Positions 60,601 to 64,000 of a stretch of DNA of 64,000 nt are shown one piece after another. The notes beneath the pieces were generated by a model. That model was given only the letters and a program-made list of their open reading frames with translations. It ran no database searches and was not told the origin of the DNA. The DNA is from Carcharhinus longimanus (lineage: Eukaryota): NCBI GenBank assembly GCA_030264375.1, contig JASCQW010000122.1, forward strand, positions 28,029,264 to 28,093,263, in the 5' to 3' direction. The stretch's first letter is position 1, and every line of letters begins with the position of its first letter. The position numbers were made by a program, and so were the translations under genes.

Positions 60601-61805
60601 TGGGCACAATCATCTGCATTGGGCCTAAGTTCCGTGATGAGGGCAAGAAGCAAGAGTGTTACCTGCAACATCAGGGTAAGTGAACTCTCTAGTGCTCATG
60701 CTCACTTCACTGACTGGGAACTGACATATGCCTTAGAGGCAAAGCCACCATCTGCTTTAGGGTCCAGAAGCTGTTCCAGCTAAGTCCTGCCATGTTGGTC
60801 TGGATATGTTCTGGACAGGCTTGGAATCCCACTGGGAGAGCGGGTGATTGGATGAGAGTGGATGGGGGAGGGGAAAGACAATTCCATTGGATGTTCATTT
60901 GAATCTCAAAATCAAAATGCTAAATAGCTTCTCAACTGCCTCTGGCAGAAAGGAGACCTGCATTTATCCCGCATGAAGTGCTTGTGTTGTGCTCCTGAAC
61001 CAGGCATAACTCTGAATCTGAAACAATGCTTTTTTTGGGAGGAGCATATCCCCTGGCTTCCATCACAGATCATTGTCAGATCAGGGACAAAGAATAGTTC
61101 TGACAAATCTTGGGATCCTATTGCAACACGGGGAAGAAGGTTACCAGAGGATAAGTAGATTTTGGGTGAAAATCCCTTGGTCCATGCTAGTGGAGCCTGT
61201 TCTCAGAAAGCCCTTGCATAGGACCCCTCTTCCACTGAACATTAGAGGTTCCATACCTAACTTTTGAAAGTACTAGATAACAGTTTGCAAGCTACATTCA
61301 GATTTCAGTCTGGGCAAGTGGTTGGAAACACGGTGGAAGCTGCACTTCTCTCATTTTAATGCATTAGCAAGGGTCCATCCAAGTGGTTAGTGCAATTTAC
61401 ACCATAAAGCATTCCTGCCAGGAAAAATAAGGCAAAATGGGGATATGACATTTGCCCTTCGCCAATCTCTTTGGTCTTGCACCACCAACACTTTTGTCAT
61501 TTGATCTCTCCTGGCTCTCACCATGAAACAGAGTTCTTTACGTCCACAGTCTGCCAGAAAACAATGGGATAGAGCCTGAAAGCCTTGGTCTCTACAATTA
61601 AAATTTATTAGCCATGTCTGTTTTCCTTGCATTCTAAACTCAGCCATAATTGCAGCATGTTACATAGGAAGATTTTTCAATAATCTTTCCAAGTATTCAT
61701 CAGTGATGTTACAGACAGTTGTGGGTTTCTTCACTCTCTGCCTGTCCATAAACAGAAAGGTGCTTTTGATTTCCTTCTTTATAAGTCATGGCATATTTTC
61801 CCCAG

Positions 61806-62483
61806 TGAGGGATCCAAACCTCTATTAATAACTCCAGAGCAAACTTGAGGATGGGTAAAATCAGAGTCTTGATTTATTTTACACGCAAAATTCAGGAAGG
61901 GATTTCACAACACCTACCACATTTTGCATCCTTTAATAAAAGAGGGATAAGGGAGAGAAAACGGTTTATGGCAAAGACCATAATAAAACTAAGAATTATG
62001 GTTTTACGTGAACCCAGAGTCCAGTAAGTCAATGTTTAATGAAGGTGCTTTCAGATAACTTTGTCTGACAGAATTCCTGGTCTTGGTCCTAGGATCTCGG
62101 GTATAGATTGACCCTGTTGAAGATGCATCAATGTATTGCTTTATCCTGGAAATTATTCACTCTGTAGGTGAAATACAAGGTTCTTTTTGACAATCAGACC
62201 TTGAGAGAGATGAAAGTCAAAGCCAAGCTGCTAGCCTGGAATCCAGTTTTTTCTCTTTGGTGGTTAAACCATAACTGAAGATAAAATTCAAAAGATGTAT
62301 CATTAAATCAATTAAAATAGCTGAAGTCTCAGTTAAGTGACAGGGTGGTTCTGGATGCTTAGCTGTTGTTTGCAGCTAAGTTTTATTTTTGCCACCATAT
62401 TATAAAATTATGCTTTTTTTTAGTTTTGGAGTATGTTTTCAGGGCCTTTTGCTTTGATTAATCCCCTCCCCAACATAATACAG
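61806..62483 (-). repeat. Possible solo LTR
   Basis: TG...CA bounded block with minus-strand AATAAA near one end; no TSD confirmed. Confidence 0.35.
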
Positions 62484-63229
62484 ATGCTTCAATTTGTACT
62501 GTTTTCATTTTTAGCGTAATCTGTAAAACTCATTTGGAATTCTGTATCCTGTATCTTTAAAGCAGTGGAGAACATTGATCTCAATTTTTGATAAATTAGT
62601 CACAGAATAAGATTATGTTTAAATTTAGTTAACTAACAAAGTATATTCACAAAAATAACACATTGTTCGCGTTGAAATAGCACCTTTGTGCATGTGAAAA
62701 GTAGATTTGCTAACTAATGTTGAAAGAGAATAATCAATAGACAATGAAATGCTTTTGTAGTGTGTTGTAATATAGATGAGTATAATAATGAGTGTAATAA
62801 TCCTGCAGATGGCATTGAGACAAATGATTATGCATCTGTTTTTTGGTTATTGGTTAAGGCGCAGCCTGTTGACTGGCATACCAGGAGCACATCAGATGGG
62901 GCCTCAGATTAATGCCTTATCCAAAAGACTTCTGACAGTACACCACTCCATCAGACCTTCATTGAAGATCAGGGTTGGAGTTTCCACTGACATTGCTACA
63001 CTAACTCTTTACTTCCCACCCTTTTTCATTAAAAGCAGGAATGCAATTATTCGCCATAGCTGAATAGCCATATAAGAGGAGGATTTTACTGCTAGTAAGT
63101 AAAAAAGTCGATGAACGCTATTACAACTTCACCCAGTGAGTCAGTGATAGAAATTGTTGCTACCATACGGTGTTGTTGACTGGTGTTTTCATGCAGTCTT
63201 TTGAGCTGAATGTACGGGATTTAACTGAA

Positions 63230-63920
63230 TAGTATGGGAGATGGATTCAAGTCAGGGAAGATCTAGAACATTAAAGAGAAAGTTAAGGCAATATTGCAAG
63301 GTACCAATGTGGGTATTGATTACCAGAATCTAACAGGAAGGACTGAATGTCTAAACATAAAACTGTGCCAGCAAATAAAGTCAGAGTAGTGAAAAGAATG
63401 ATCAAAACGTGGAACTAAAGGCACATTGTCTGAGTGCATGTAGGACTTATAACAAGATGAATGAATTGGTAGCATAAATAGAAATAAACAAGTGTGATAT
63501 GATAGCCATTACAGAGACAGGTTGCAAAGAGAGCATAGTTGGTACTTGAATATTAAAGGGAATTGACATTTTTGGAAGAATCGGAAAAAAAAGAGCCAGG
63601 GTAACTCTGTTAATAAAGGGTGAGATCAGTACTGTAGAGAGAAATGATCTTGACTTGTAGGCTCAAATTGAAGAATCAGTTTGGACAGAGGTTAAGAAAT
63701 AGCAATGGAAAGAGGTGGGAATGGCTTATAAACCCCTGAAATTAGGGGTTTATTTTCTAAAACACTGTTGTATAGAATGCAAATCAAGAAATAATGGGGC
63801 TTGTAAGAAAGATGCTGAAATAAGTGTGGGAAAGTGTATTATTCATATAGATTACAAATTGAATTGATAAAAGTAGCCTGGAGGTTAAATTCATAGCATG
63901 TATTCATAGCATGTTCTAAG
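63230..63920 (+). mobile_element. CR1 ORF2 endonuclease fragment
   Basis: NELVA*IEINKCDMIAITET, then ESVWTEVKK-like; decayed. Confidence 0.75.
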
Positions 63921-63938
63921 AAACTGTGTAAAAAGTCT

Positions 63939-64000
63939 GACAACACCAGGTTTTAGTCCAACCTATTACTAAATTACTATTACTAAAACCTGGTGTTGTC
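63939..64000. repeat. Perfect 19-bp inverted repeat built from Penelope terminal-repeat sequence
   Basis: gacaacaccaggttttagt (63939-57) and actaaaacctggtgttgtc (63982-64000); similar to ggactttgacctggcgttgtgagactt near 17335. Confidence 0.85.

Overview
Eukaryotic, repeat-dominated DNA, almost certainly from a cartilaginous fish (shark). This rests on abundant HE1-type V-SINEs, CR1 LINEs with esterase ORF1, Rex1/Babar LINEs, Penelope-like elements, Gypsy LTR relics and PIF/Harbinger relics, all recognised by eye without database searches. The window looks like a large intron or gene desert from a draft assembly with nine N-gaps. No intact protein-coding gene, rRNA, tRNA gene or CRISPR array is visible, and almost all listed ORFs are decayed transposon pieces or noise. 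One small candidate exon has strong splice sites (31673-31730), and several non-repetitive islands rich in homeodomain/PBX-HOX/MEIS motifs look like conserved non-coding elements. The most interesting signals concern mobile-element architecture. (i) A tRNA-headed LINE with no room for ORF1 has 5' and 3' ends that together reproduce an abundant SINE family. (ii) One V-SINE head carries two alternative LINE-derived tails, one CR1-like and one resembling the Rex1/Babar 3' stem-loop. (iii) Short Penelope-derived units carry minimal hammerhead-ribozyme motifs, one flanked by a perfect 12-bp target-site duplication. (iv) There is a full-length old Gypsy element with TSD, a Gypsy relic with a relocated and inverted RT segment, and a Harbinger relic with a local inverted duplication. 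Boundaries of decayed elements are approximate.
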